DNA of 64,000 nucleotides from assembly GCA_029551395.1 (NCBI GenBank), contig JAKPFN010000089.1:6045-70044 (forward strand). Direction: 5' to 3'. Of the stretch, positions 47,757-57,222 are shown in pieces. The notes beneath the pieces are model-generated. The model did no database searches. It was not told where the DNA came from and was given only the letters and a program-made list of their open reading frames with translations. This DNA comes from Armatimonadota bacterium. GTDB taxonomy: Bacteria; Armatimonadota; UBA5829; DTLH01. The stretch's first letter is position 1. Every line of letters begins with the position of its first letter. Both the position numbers and the translations under genes were made by a program.

Positions 47757-47783
47757 TGCGATTCGTAGGGGTAAATAAAGAAG

Positions 47784-47816
47784 GGAGGCAGTTCAAAAAG
47801 GATTGCCTCCCTTTTA
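47784..47816 (+). terminator. Rho-independent terminator of the four-gene operon
   Basis: 'GGGAGGCAG'-TTCAAAAAGGAT-'TGCCTCCC' followed by 'TTTTAATTA', ~30 nt after the stop. Confidence 0.7.
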
Positions 47817-47848
47817 ATTATCAATGTGCAGTAATTTGAAGAATAACC

Positions 47849-48060
47849 TCGGGCTAAATTTGCAAATTTAGCCCGGAATAGTGGATTAGGGATTTGCAAT
47901 CCCGTTCCTTGGTATTTTAGTTAATCATCCGGGATCACAGATCCCTCAGCAATATGTCCGGGAGGGATTGCAAATCCCTCCCGAGAGATGAATCCCTCCC
48001 GAGAGTGTCCCTCCCGAGATAAGGTTCGTCTGGGAGGCTAGGAATCCCCTCACGAGATAG
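47849..48060. repeat. Right arm of the ~200-bp inverted repeat (reverse complement of 40750..40945)
   Basis: 'CTCGGGCTAAATTTGCAAATTTAGCCCGG...GGGATTTGCAATCCCGTTCCTTGGTATTTTAGTTAATCATCCGGGATCACAGATCCCTCAGCAATATGTCCGGGAGG' plus degenerate 'CCCTCCCGAGAG' tandem units. Confidence 0.85.
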
Positions 48061-48099
48061 GAGTGAGGATTCATTCCGAGTGAGTAGAGAGTATTCTGT

Positions 48100-48390
48100 C
48101 TACCACTGTTCCGGCAGCATCATCAGTATAAACAATCCGACCAAACCACCTACCAGCCCCAATATTCCTCCCAACACGCCATCGTAACCTTTACTTCGCG
48201 CATAGTAAATGCAACCTCGAATAAAGATAATATCTACAGCAATCAGTAGTGCAACCACAATGGGTATTAGTGTATCGACATCGATTATCTCGCTTAGAAA
48301 AGCAAAGAGGATTAACACCCCAAGCCACATTAGAAGCGCCAGTTTAATGTTCGAGTTTGCGGTTTTTTTGTCTTCGTTCATGGAAGTCAC
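48100..48390 (-). CDS. Small hypothetical membrane protein (2 TM)
   Basis: 96 aa: 'LALLMWLGVLILFAFLSEII' and 'LGGILGLVGGLVGLFILMMLP'. Confidence 0.4.
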   Translation of the reverse strand: MTSMNEDKKTANSNIKLALLMWLGVLILFAFLSEIIDVDTLIPIVVALLIAVDIIFIRGCIYYARSKGYDGVLGGILGLVGGLVGLFILMMLPEQW

Positions 48391-48568
48391 CTCGCGAGGT
48401 ACTGTATCACAATGCTTGCCTGTAGTTTGGATTATTTTAGAATAATGCTAAATTAATGTCTACGTTTTCTTCTCCAAATGCTGAGGGTAACACATTACGG
48501 TGCGATTCCTGTTTTGGAATAGTTGTGTAGTGCACAACAATGTCAATTTGACCGGGAGGGATGAATAA

Positions 48569-48961
48569 TTGGAGAAGAAAACTAGCTACCTGATTATTGG
48601 AATGGCAGCTGGTGCAGCAGTTGGAGCCGGTACAGCAATGTTATTAACACCAATGAGTGGTAAAGAGGCAAGGGAAAAAGCCAGACAAAAAGCCCAGGGA
48701 GCTTATAGCTCTGCCAGGCAGCAGGTCTCGTCTGCAACTCAGATGATTGGCCGAAAAGGCGGCTCTATGAGAGCAGTCGATTTGAATAAGGCCGGAAAAG
48801 AGGAATTGATGCAGATAGAGGGCATTGGACCGGATATGGCTGAAAGTATCATTGCTTACCGCAGTCAGCATGGCGGGTTCGGATCGCTGGATGAACTGGA
48901 GAATGCTGTTGGCGCAAGTGTCGTATCGACTTTTAACCTCAAAGGCAAGTTCCATATATAA
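48569..48961 (+). CDS. ComEA-like helix-hairpin-helix DNA-binding protein with a YtxH-like N-terminus
   Basis: 'LNKAGKEELMQIEGIGPDMAESIIAYRSQHGGFGSLDELENAVG' is a tandem HhH (ComEA-type). The N-terminal 'LIIGMAAGAAVGAGTAMLLTP' is an amphipathic/TM segment. Confidence 0.65.
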   Translation: MEKKTSYLIIGMAAGAAVGAGTAMLLTPMSGKEAREKARQKAQGAYSSARQQVSSATQMIGRKGGSMRAVDLNKAGKEELMQIEGIGPDMAESIIAYRSQHGGFGSLDELENAVGASVVSTFNLKGKFHI

Positions 48962-49117
48962 AATCTCCGTATGCTAATGCCCGAGTTGCACAACTCGGGC
49001 TATTTTAGTTTGCCTTCTGGAATATATTATCAGTTAAAGCATTTTATTACTCATTATTCGTTACTTTCCCTTGGCTTTCCCCTCAGGTTATGCGGTATAA
49101 TACAGGCAGGAGAATTA

Positions 49118-50302
49118 ATGTTTATGCGTAGAATCCAACCACTATTCGTTTTCTTACTACTCTTTGTATTCACTGCAATCGCCTGTGCTGCTCCCAAGAA
49201 TGTAATCCTGTTTATCGGTGATGGGATGGGTCATGCTCATATTGCTGCTGCAAGGATAAGCACACTCGGCCAGGGAGGCCGGCTTACAATAGAGAAAATG
49301 CCGGTTACAGGGATGCATACAACACATTCAGCAAATGCTCTGGTGACAGATTCTGCTGCCGGAGCTACAGCGCTTGCTTGTGGAGTCAAGACAAACAACT
49401 ATACAGTAAGCAAATCTCCTGACGGCAGACGCGTAAGATCGATACTTGAAGCTTCAAGAACCATTGGAAAAGCTACAGGCGTTGTGACTACGACTTCAGT
49501 TACTGATGCCACACCCGCGGCCTTTACCTCTCATGTCGATGAAAGAGGAATGCAGCCGGAAATAGCCGGTCAGCAACTCGATGTAAATATCGATGTATTG
49601 ATGGGCGGCGGTAGAGCCTATTTTCTGCCTGAAGGCGACGATGGCTACCGTTCAGATTCAAGAAATCTGCTCTCTGAAGCAGCTGCAAAAGGTTATATCG
49701 TTGTTACAACAGCCGAAGAACTGAACAAAGTAAATAGTGGGAGAGTTTTAGGCTTATTTGCAATGGAGAAGCTGACTACACAGTCCCCTGAGCCTTCGCT
49801 TTCCGAGATGACCAAAAAAGCAATCCAGATACTCTCTCAGGACACGGACGGATTCTTTCTGATGGTTGAAGGTGGGCAAATAGACTCATACGCACACCGC
49901 AATGATCTTGATGGAATGGTCCGGCAGCTTATCGAGTTCGATAAAGCCGTTGCTGAAGGATTGAGCTTTGCACAGCAGAATGGCGATACGCTGGTTGTTG
50001 TTACTGCAGACCATGAAACAGGCGGGCTGACGCTGCTTTCTGACGATGAAGGTAATTTAGGACCATCCTGGTCCACAGGCGGACACAGCGGAATTATGGT
50101 TCCGGTTTTTGCATTCGGCCCAGAGTCCCAGCGCTTTACCGGGCTTATGGATAATACTGATATTAGTAAAAAGATTGGCGCTGTCTGGGGAGTAAAAGTT
50201 GGGTTGTTTGATGTGTCCGATGATGATAAAACAGCCGACTCGGTCCGTATAAAACACGAATACTCCAAGTCGGCTGCAGTAGCTGCTTCATCTACACGCT
50301 AA
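49118..50302 (+). CDS. Alkaline phosphatase (PhoA family), secreted
   Basis: Start chosen at 'MFMRRIQPLFVFLLLFVFTAIACA' (signal peptide) with RBS 'AGGAGAA'. The track ORF starts further upstream at 48971. Motifs: 'ILFIGDGMGH', 'DSAAGATALACGVKT', 'VVTADHETGG', 'GGHSG'. Confidence 0.85.
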   Translation: MFMRRIQPLFVFLLLFVFTAIACAAPKNVILFIGDGMGHAHIAAARISTLGQGGRLTIEKMPVTGMHTTHSANALVTDSAAGATALACGVKTNNYTVSKSPDGRRVRSILEASRTIGKATGVVTTTSVTDATPAAFTSHVDERGMQPEIAGQQLDVNIDVLMGGGRAYFLPEGDDGYRSDSRNLLSEAAAKGYIVVTTAEELNKVNSGRVLGLFAMEKLTTQSPEPSLSEMTKKAIQILSQDTDGFFLMVEGGQIDSYAHRNDLDGMVRQLIEFDKAVAEGLSFAQQNGDTLVVVTADHETGGLTLLSDDEGNLGPSWSTGGHSGIMVPVFAFGPESQRFTGLMDNTDISKKIGAVWGVKVGLFDVSDDDKTADSVRIKHEYSKSAAVAASSTR

Positions 50303-50304
50303 AT

Positions 50305-53300
50305 CTAGTTCTCAGCAGATGTTTCTGCCGTTTCTTTTTTTTCGACGGTATTCTGCTTTGGAGCAGTCTTTCGTCTGGATGTATAACGTCGCCGTGGTTT
50401 TTTGCCGTTTCCGTTGTCTGAGTCAGGTGCTATCTGTTGAACAGGTTCAACAACTGGCTCAGCAACGGGTTCAGACACAACGACCGGCTCAGGTGTTTCT
50501 GCCGGTTCTTTGGATGTCTTTGACGCACGCCGTCCGCGCCGCTTCTGTTTGACTTCCGGTTCCGCAGTAGAAACTGTATCTTCAACAACTACCGGTGCAG
50601 GTTCTACGGCTGCGGTAGCAGTCTCTTCGACAACTGGCGATGCCTTTCTGCTGCGCCGCTTCGGCTTCTTCTCTTCCATTACCGGCTCTTCTGCTTTTAC
50701 AGGTGGTTCTTCGGCAGGAGTCGGCTCAGCAGCAATTGCCTGTTCCTGTGCTGTTTCCACTACATCGGGAGCCTGCTTCACACTACGCCTTTGATGCCGT
50801 CTGGAAGTCCGCTTCCGCTCAGCCGATGGTTCATCCGACACGGCCTCCGCTTTTGGTGAAGCTGCAATCTCAGCCTCTACTTCTTCAGGTTTTACAGGCT
50901 GCTCCTCAGGAATATTCGCACCTTTGGACTTTGTCCGATGCCTGCGCTGCTTTTTAGACGATGATGCTGCAGATGTCTCAGTCTCATTGGCTGCAGTTGT
51001 TGGAGAAGCTTCAATTGTCTCTACTGCTTCACCTTCAGCCGGTTGAGATTTCTGCGCCTCCTGAGTTTCAGCAGCTTCAGTGTGAGAGCGCTTGGACCGT
51101 CTGCCGCGCTTCCGCTTCTTCTCTGCCTGTTGAGCCAACTTTTCCAGTTCTTCCTTTGCAGCACGTTCTGCGAACTCATGCTCCAGTTCAGCCAGGATTT
51201 TTATCATCTGCTCGACAGTTTCGATGTCGCCGCGTCCAGGCGGTATCGGAAGCGGTTCAGGTTGTGTTGATTCCTTATTAGCCTTTCTGCGCTGCGGTTT
51301 ACATGCAGCACCCAAAATGAGCTGTATCGTATGCTTGCCTCCACCAAGTTCGATGTTCGAGTCATAACGGTCTCTGCCATCGACAAGGACTCTGCAGGGT
51401 GCTGGCCCTTTTGGCGGAATGAACTCAGCAATGACACCGGACGGAACTGAGATAAGCAGTGTAAGCCCTCGCCTGACAGTCTGCCATTCTACCGAAACAG
51501 GGCCTGAAGCAGTCTGAACGGTGCCTTTGGCCCATTCAAGCCCTGATGGATGCGGTTCTATCCGCACTCTTTTCGGTTCACCTGTCGGTTTTATGCCCAG
51601 CACGTGTGCAGGAAGCTGATACGCAGGCCCGCTGGACGCTGCATAGCATCGGCAGTCCCCATTTTCAGGATTAAAATGCTCCCAGAACGTCGTAGCGCCC
51701 TCGGAGAGCATTTTACCCCATTTTTCTTTGATTACATCTACTGCTTGTGCAGCAAATCCACTTCTGGACAATGCTTCTACAAGGTAGGATGTAAAATATG
51801 GTGTCGATATCGGCGGCAGACCTTTCTCATCCAGCATCTGCCTGAAGATAGACGACTTCTGGTAGTGGTCTGCGACATCAAACAGTGCAGCAAGTATGTT
51901 TGTCTGCCTTGAATAATGCTCCTGAAGCTTGCCATCTACTCTTGCATCCGCGAAAAGCCCACGGTCACGTGACCAGAAGAACTTGGATATGGCCATTCTC
52001 AGCGCAGAAGCCATTCCGGCCCATTCTTCAGCCTCATTTCTCTTGTGCAGCGCTTCAGCAATCCAGCAGGCTGCACGCAGCGCGCCTAAATACAGGCAGT
52101 TCAGCGCTGCGACTTCACCTCGGCGGTCAATCTCAGCCCAGTCGATAAACAAATCACCTCGGACACGAGACAACAGCCCGTCTGAGTCCGTAAACTGACC
52201 AATCCACTTCAGCCATTTGACAACATTCGGGTAAAGTTCTGCCAGAAGACTCAGGTCTTCGCTCTGCGCATAATATTCCCACAGGCTCATGACCCATAGA
52301 GCAGCAAAGTCAGGGAAAAGCTCTCTTGTGGCGCTGGGGAACATTGCAAAGATAGCGCCGTCACCTTCCTGCGATGCTGCTATATGCCTGAGTCCCTGTT
52401 TCATGAGTTTTGTGTCGCCGAACGCATAGTAAGCGGCACGTGAAGCCACCGAAGCATTGTCCCACCATTGGGTGCGTTCTCTCCAAGGGCTGTCGGTGTA
52501 AGTGTCCTGCATAGACAACCGGGCGGTTTCAGCAGCAGTCCGCCAGATACGGTTCAGTTCTTCATCGCTGCATTCAAAGTTACCCTGCCACTCGACCGGA
52601 TATGATGTCTCATGAACGCGAACATGGCTTATCGAAACTGGTTTCGGACAATTTCTAAGGTCTAATTGAACATAGCGGAAAGCTCGCTGTTCGAAGCTGG
52701 TCCATGTCTGTTTGCCATTACGCAGGATTAATCGGTCGGTGTAGCGTATATCTCCGCGGTTTGGTATTACCTTGCCATCCTGAAGCACTTCGCTGTAGCC
52801 GATGTCCACTATTCCGCCGTTAGACCGGGTGAACTCTAGTTCGATGCTTCCAAATACCTCGCGTCCAAAGTCCAGCACTAGGGATATACCTTCGGGATTA
52901 GGCACAGTTATAGCTGCAGCATCATCATTAGCGCTAATCAGCCTCTCAGGCTTAAACACTCGTCCTTTTTTGAGTGGCTTGAGGTCTTCTTCAGCCATGA
53001 ATGCTGGCATATCTGGAGGTTGAATACCTTCCGGCAGCGGCGGGCAGTTATAGATGGAATACACAGAGTCAGGGTAGACAAGTTGTTCGCGAAGATGCGG
53101 AATTTCACGGGGAACAAGCTTGTAGAAAGGCCGCATCTGGGATTTGCCGAGCACTATAGCCTGCGGCCACTTGGCGTCTTTGAACTTCACCTTGGTCCAA
53201 TTCTGCGGCTCCAAATTTGCATCATAAACTTCTTGCCAACCAAGGCGGCGGCTCATACGGGTTCCGGCTGCTGTCCATTCTGATGCAGGCAGAACACGCC

Positions 53301-53724
53301 AAGTCTCATCTGTTATAATTTTCTCGCTTGCGCCTTCCCATTCGATATCCGCTTCGCAAATCAGTCCGGGCCTGCCGGGGATATAGCTGTAGGTACCTTG
53401 TCCTATATGATGGACAAGGACGGCGATTACATTCTGGCCTTTGACCAGGAAATCTGCAATGTTGTATATATCGTAGCTCTGCCGGTGCGGATCCGACCTT
53501 ACCGGACCGCGCCCCACGAAAACGCCATTTATAAAAAGCTTGTATCGGCTGTCTGCAGAAATCCGTAGTTTAGCATCTACGGGCCTGGCAGGCAACTTGA
53601 AGGCTTTTCTTGCATGGAGGTAGAAGTTGCGGGGACGGCTGTCGCCCTCACACCATACCCAATTGGCGGTCCAGTCGTCTTTTCTTACGAACCGGCTGCG
53701 TCTAGCAACCACTGATTTATCCAT
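50305..53724 (-). CDS. GH78 alpha-L-rhamnosidase-like protein (six-hairpin glycosidase core) fused to a ~330-aa Arg/Lys/Glu/Pro-rich intrinsically disordered C-terminal tail
   Basis: 1139 aa with no signal peptide. Rhamnosidase N-terminal domain ('RISADSRYKLFINGVFVGRGP'), six-hairpin motif 'QDTYTDSPWRERTQWWDNASVASRAAYYAFGD'. The tail has clusters 'KRKRGRRSKRS', 'KKQRRHRTKSK', 'RKRTSRRHQRRS', 'KKPKRRSRK', 'KQKRRGRRASK', 'KKPRRRYTSRRK' interspersed with acidic/PVxEPV stretches. Confidence 0.65.
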   Translation of the reverse strand: MDKSVVARRSRFVRKDDWTANWVWCEGDSRPRNFYLHARKAFKLPARPVDAKLRISADSRYKLFINGVFVGRGPVRSDPHRQSYDIYNIADFLVKGQNVIAVLVHHIGQGTYSYIPGRPGLICEADIEWEGASEKIITDETWRVLPASEWTAAGTRMSRRLGWQEVYDANLEPQNWTKVKFKDAKWPQAIVLGKSQMRPFYKLVPREIPHLREQLVYPDSVYSIYNCPPLPEGIQPPDMPAFMAEEDLKPLKKGRVFKPERLISANDDAAAITVPNPEGISLVLDFGREVFGSIELEFTRSNGGIVDIGYSEVLQDGKVIPNRGDIRYTDRLILRNGKQTWTSFEQRAFRYVQLDLRNCPKPVSISHVRVHETSYPVEWQGNFECSDEELNRIWRTAAETARLSMQDTYTDSPWRERTQWWDNASVASRAAYYAFGDTKLMKQGLRHIAASQEGDGAIFAMFPSATRELFPDFAALWVMSLWEYYAQSEDLSLLAELYPNVVKWLKWIGQFTDSDGLLSRVRGDLFIDWAEIDRRGEVAALNCLYLGALRAACWIAEALHKRNEAEEWAGMASALRMAISKFFWSRDRGLFADARVDGKLQEHYSRQTNILAALFDVADHYQKSSIFRQMLDEKGLPPISTPYFTSYLVEALSRSGFAAQAVDVIKEKWGKMLSEGATTFWEHFNPENGDCRCYAASSGPAYQLPAHVLGIKPTGEPKRVRIEPHPSGLEWAKGTVQTASGPVSVEWQTVRRGLTLLISVPSGVIAEFIPPKGPAPCRVLVDGRDRYDSNIELGGGKHTIQLILGAACKPQRRKANKESTQPEPLPIPPGRGDIETVEQMIKILAELEHEFAERAAKEELEKLAQQAEKKRKRGRRSKRSHTEAAETQEAQKSQPAEGEAVETIEASPTTAANETETSAASSSKKQRRHRTKSKGANIPEEQPVKPEEVEAEIAASPKAEAVSDEPSAERKRTSRRHQRRSVKQAPDVVETAQEQAIAAEPTPAEEPPVKAEEPVMEEKKPKRRSRKASPVVEETATAAVEPAPVVVEDTVSTAEPEVKQKRRGRRASKTSKEPAETPEPVVVSEPVAEPVVEPVQQIAPDSDNGNGKKPRRRYTSRRKTAPKQNTVEKKETAETSAEN

Positions 53725-53845
53725 TGAACCTCATAATCTCGCTCGGCCCAGTTATGATTATGTCACAAATCCCTGCAGAACGCAAGAGAGCTTACGCGTT
53801 TTTCAACGGTTTTCCAGCCTAATCTGCCTTGAGCTATAAGGAATT

Positions 53846-55228
53846 ATGACCGTAATATTCCGCACGTCAACTGGTTTTAATGATATGATACTAACAGCTA
53901 TTCTCCAGTTTGAAAGGAAGCACTGTATGGGTCGTAAGCGGGTGGATATGTTAATCATCGCAGTAGTATTTATTGCAGTACTTGCTGTCATTGGTGCAAT
54001 CTGGTTTATAAATTCGAACCGGATGCCTGAAATCAAACTGCCTACACCAGTAATGCCTTCTCCAAATGCTTATGATTACTACACCAGTGCAGGAAACCTG
54101 ATTGTAGACAGCAAGAAAATCGATGAAATAGTTTATGAGCAAACATTTTCAAGAACAAGAACTTCCCCTAAAGTCTACAGTCTGGCGGAAAAGGAAGCTT
54201 TACTTGCCAATAATGAACCGGCATTGCAGATGATGCGCGATGGCTTTGATTATGAGTGCATGGCACCAGTAAGAAGGTCTTTTGATGCTCTGTTTCCGGA
54301 ATTCCGGCATTTTCAGAACTTGGGCAGACTTTTGTATATTGAGTCGCAGATAAAGTCTGCAAAGGGAGACTATGCTGGTGCAATGGATAGCTGTCTCGAC
54401 GGCATATACTTTGGAGTCAATGCCCCTAGCGGAGGGTCACGTATTCACAGGCTCGTTGGTATATCAAACCAGAAAATTGTACGTGAAGATGCCTGGAAAC
54501 TACTGGAGCAGATGGATGCTGGAGAGTGCAGGGCAGCAGCCGGAAGATTGGAGCATATAGTCTCCAAACAACGACCATTCGCTGAAGTATTAGAAGAAGA
54601 GAAATGGTTTGGAATTGGGGCTTTTCAGGAAGCTGTGCAGAAAGAAACAATGGGAGATTTCATCAGTAGTGCTATATATGATGATAATTCGCTCAGGTCA
54701 CGCATTGTGTGGAACATTAGAGCGCTCAAAACCAGCAAGCAGAAGGTTATCCGAAACTACTCAGACTATATGGACCAATTGATCGAGAACGCAAAGAAAC
54801 CTTACGCGCTGCACCTTCCCGACCCACCAACTCCTGATGACCCGGTAAACTCTGTTCTAGCTCCAGTTCTTAACAGGGCCAGATTTTCGGATGAGTTAAA
54901 CCAGCTTCAGAATGAGTTGCTCCTTCTTAAGCTTGCGATTCGGGCTTACAAACTTGATAATGGAAGGTATCCTGCATCACTTTCTGACCTTACGCCTGAT
55001 TATATCAAGTCCATCCCCAGGGACAGGTTTGTTCTGAAGGGGCCAATCAGATACAAACAGCAAGGCAGCAGTTATGTGCTCTACAGTGTTGGCCCTGATG
55101 GAAAAGACGATGGCGGCAAGCCCATAGATAACATAAAAAGCCCGTCAAGACCTAACGCTGATGAACTAAGGTATCATGTCGAAGATAAAAGCAAAGGCGA
55201 TATAGTAGCAGGTATTAATTTAAAGTAA
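53846..55228 (+). CDS. Membrane-anchored hypothetical protein with a C-terminal T2SS GspG-like (pseudopilin globular) domain
   Basis: Likely start 'MGRKRVDMLIIAVVFIAVLAVIGAIWFI' (single N-terminal TM). C-terminal 'LAIRAYKLDNGRYPASLSDL...DRFVLKGPIRYKQQGSSYVLYSVGPDGKDDGG' resembles the GspG C-terminal consensus (nGrYP...DPWG.PY.Y...Y.L.S.G.DG..GG). Confidence 0.5.
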   Translation: MTVIFRTSTGFNDMILTAILQFERKHCMGRKRVDMLIIAVVFIAVLAVIGAIWFINSNRMPEIKLPTPVMPSPNAYDYYTSAGNLIVDSKKIDEIVYEQTFSRTRTSPKVYSLAEKEALLANNEPALQMMRDGFDYECMAPVRRSFDALFPEFRHFQNLGRLLYIESQIKSAKGDYAGAMDSCLDGIYFGVNAPSGGSRIHRLVGISNQKIVREDAWKLLEQMDAGECRAAAGRLEHIVSKQRPFAEVLEEEKWFGIGAFQEAVQKETMGDFISSAIYDDNSLRSRIVWNIRALKTSKQKVIRNYSDYMDQLIENAKKPYALHLPDPPTPDDPVNSVLAPVLNRARFSDELNQLQNELLLLKLAIRAYKLDNGRYPASLSDLTPDYIKSIPRDRFVLKGPIRYKQQGSSYVLYSVGPDGKDDGGKPIDNIKSPSRPNADELRYHVEDKSKGDIVAGINLK

Positions 55229-55229
55229 A

Positions 55230-55262
55230 AGTTACGAGTGGCGAGTGATGAGTAACGAGAAA
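55230..55262 (+). repeat. Copy of the 'GTTACGAGTG(G/A)CGAGTGATGAGTAACGAG' dispersed repeat
   Basis: 'AGTTACGAGTGGCGAGTGATGAGTAACGAG' matches copies at ~21691, 28690 and 60503, and in reverse at 3758 and 25875. Confidence 0.7.
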
Positions 55263-55935
55263 AGCTCAATGTTAAAGTGATTATAAATCCCTCTTGTCTG
55301 GTTTGAGCTAAAAGGAACTATGACAAGTAATATTCGTCAAAAACACTGTAGGTGAGTAAACCTCAGTGTATCAACTTCGTTATTACTGGTGAAGGTGAAA
55401 GCGGAATCGCCCTGCCGCAGACCTTGCTGGGTTTCCCAGCACATCTCTCAATACCGATACTGTTTTGGATGCGGAAGAAACTATGTGGAAGGGCATGGAT
55501 ATGACATATCCCCGTAGTTCTTCCAGCAGCCCCATTCACAAGTCAGAGTAAATGCCTGCCTGGTGCTTAGTACTGCAAACTAAGCGGGTACAATTTAATG
55601 GTCTTTGGTTGTAGTGTAACAATCAATCTGAGGTCGATGTTACGCTGCAATAACAAATACCAAGCTGGACTCTCAAGTAACGAATCTGAGTCTTTTTACT
55701 GCATAATTGCAGCATCATTGCACGAAAGTCTATGGATAAGCATTTTTAAGTTGTGACTGGCAAGCGTGTTGATGTGCTGTTTTGCTCGATAATTTGACAG
55801 GTTTCGTTTCAATATCTATGAAGAACGCAACTTGACACTGAATAGGCCTTCCTATATACTTGAGCCAGTATTATTACCTGGTTTGGAAGGCCTGGAAGAG
55901 GCGCTTTGTGTTCTCTGACGGGAGGTTTATTTATC

Positions 55936-57222
55936 TTGGACAAGTTATTCATAACAGGCGGCGTCCAGATGAGGGGCACCATCAGGGCAAGCGGCAGTAA
56001 AAACGGCACACTGGCTATTCTCGCTGCCACTCTGCTTGCAAAGGGACAAACTATTCTAAAGAATGTCCCAAGAATTGGCGATATCTATACTATGGTTGAC
56101 ATGCTCCGCGCTCTGGGCGCGGACTGTTATATAAACGGTGAGAACGTAATTACTATTGATGCCACTGAGCTTAGATCCTCAGAGGCTCCTTATGACCTGG
56201 TGAAGAAGATGAGAGCATCTTTCACGGTGCTTGGGCCGCTTCTTGCCAGAATGGGCTACGCTAAAGTAGCCATGCCAGGCGGGTGCGATATCGGTGCGCG
56301 TCCGATTGACTTCCATGTAAAAGGTATCCAGGCGCTTGGCGCACATGTAGAGACCGGCCACGGATATGTTGAAGCTGAAGCTGACAAGTTGACAGGTTCA
56401 GAAATATATCTGGACTTCCCAAGTGCAGGTGCAACCCAGCATATAATGACTGCTGCATGCCTTGCAGAAGGTGTTACTGTAATCCAGAATGCGGCTATGG
56501 AACCTGAGATAGTCGATCTGGCTGACTACCTGACTGCAATGGGCGCTAAAATCGAAGGCGCTGGGACGACCACTGTCCGAGTTGAAGGCGTCAAGGAACT
56601 CATTGCGGTAGAACATTCGGTGATCCCTGACAGAATGGAAGCCGGAACCTATGCGGTTGCAGCAGCTATGACTCAGGGTGATGTTAGAATAGAAAGTGCG
56701 GCGCCAAAGCATATGGAACCGTTCCTCTTGAAGCTTAGAGAGACCGGCGCTGTCGTCACAACGGGAGAAGACTGGGTCAGAGTCCGGGCTAATTCCAGAC
56801 CTCTGGCAACGGATGTCGTTACTATGCCTCATCCAGGATTCCCGACAGACATGCAGCAGCCGTTTGTAGCATTGCTTTCTCTTGCTCAGGGAACTTCTAT
56901 CGTGACAGAGAATGTCTACGAGCGCAGGTTCAGGTATGTAAGCGAACTTCAGAGAATGGGCGCAGACATCAAGCAGGATGGCCGCACGGCTGTTGTCAAA
57001 GGTGTTGAAAAGCTTTCCGGAGCTCCTGTTACTGCCACAGATTTAAGAGCCGGAGCCGCTTTGGTAGTTGCCGCATTGGCTGCAGAAGGGGACTCTGAAA
57101 TCTCAGGTATCGAGCATATAGACCGTGGCTATGAAGGCCTGGTAGACAAACTGATAACTCTCGGTGCGCAGGTAATTCGCGCCGATTCTGAAAGAAAGGG
57201 AAGTGCTCTGTGTTCAGTCTAG
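55936..57222 (+). CDS. murA: UDP-N-acetylglucosamine 1-carboxyvinyltransferase
   Basis: TTG start after RBS 'GGAGG'. '[35 protein letters not shown]', active-site region '[16 protein letters not shown]'. About 428 aa. Confidence 0.85.
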   Translation: MDKLFITGGVQMRGTIRASGSKNGTLAILAATLLAKGQTILKNVPRIGDIYTMVDMLRALGADCYINGENVITIDATELRSSEAPYDLVKKMRASFTVLGPLLARMGYAKVAMPGGCDIGARPIDFHVKGIQALGAHVETGHGYVEAEADKLTGSEIYLDFPSAGATQHIMTAACLAEGVTVIQNAAMEPEIVDLADYLTAMGAKIEGAGTTTVRVEGVKELIAVEHSVIPDRMEAGTYAVAAAMTQGDVRIESAAPKHMEPFLLKLRETGAVVTTGEDWVRVRANSRPLATDVVTMPHPGFPTDMQQPFVALLSLAQGTSIVTENVYERRFRYVSELQRMGADIKQDGRTAVVKGVEKLSGAPVTATDLRAGAALVVAALAAEGDSEISGIEHIDRGYEGLVDKLITLGAQVIRADSERKGSALCSV

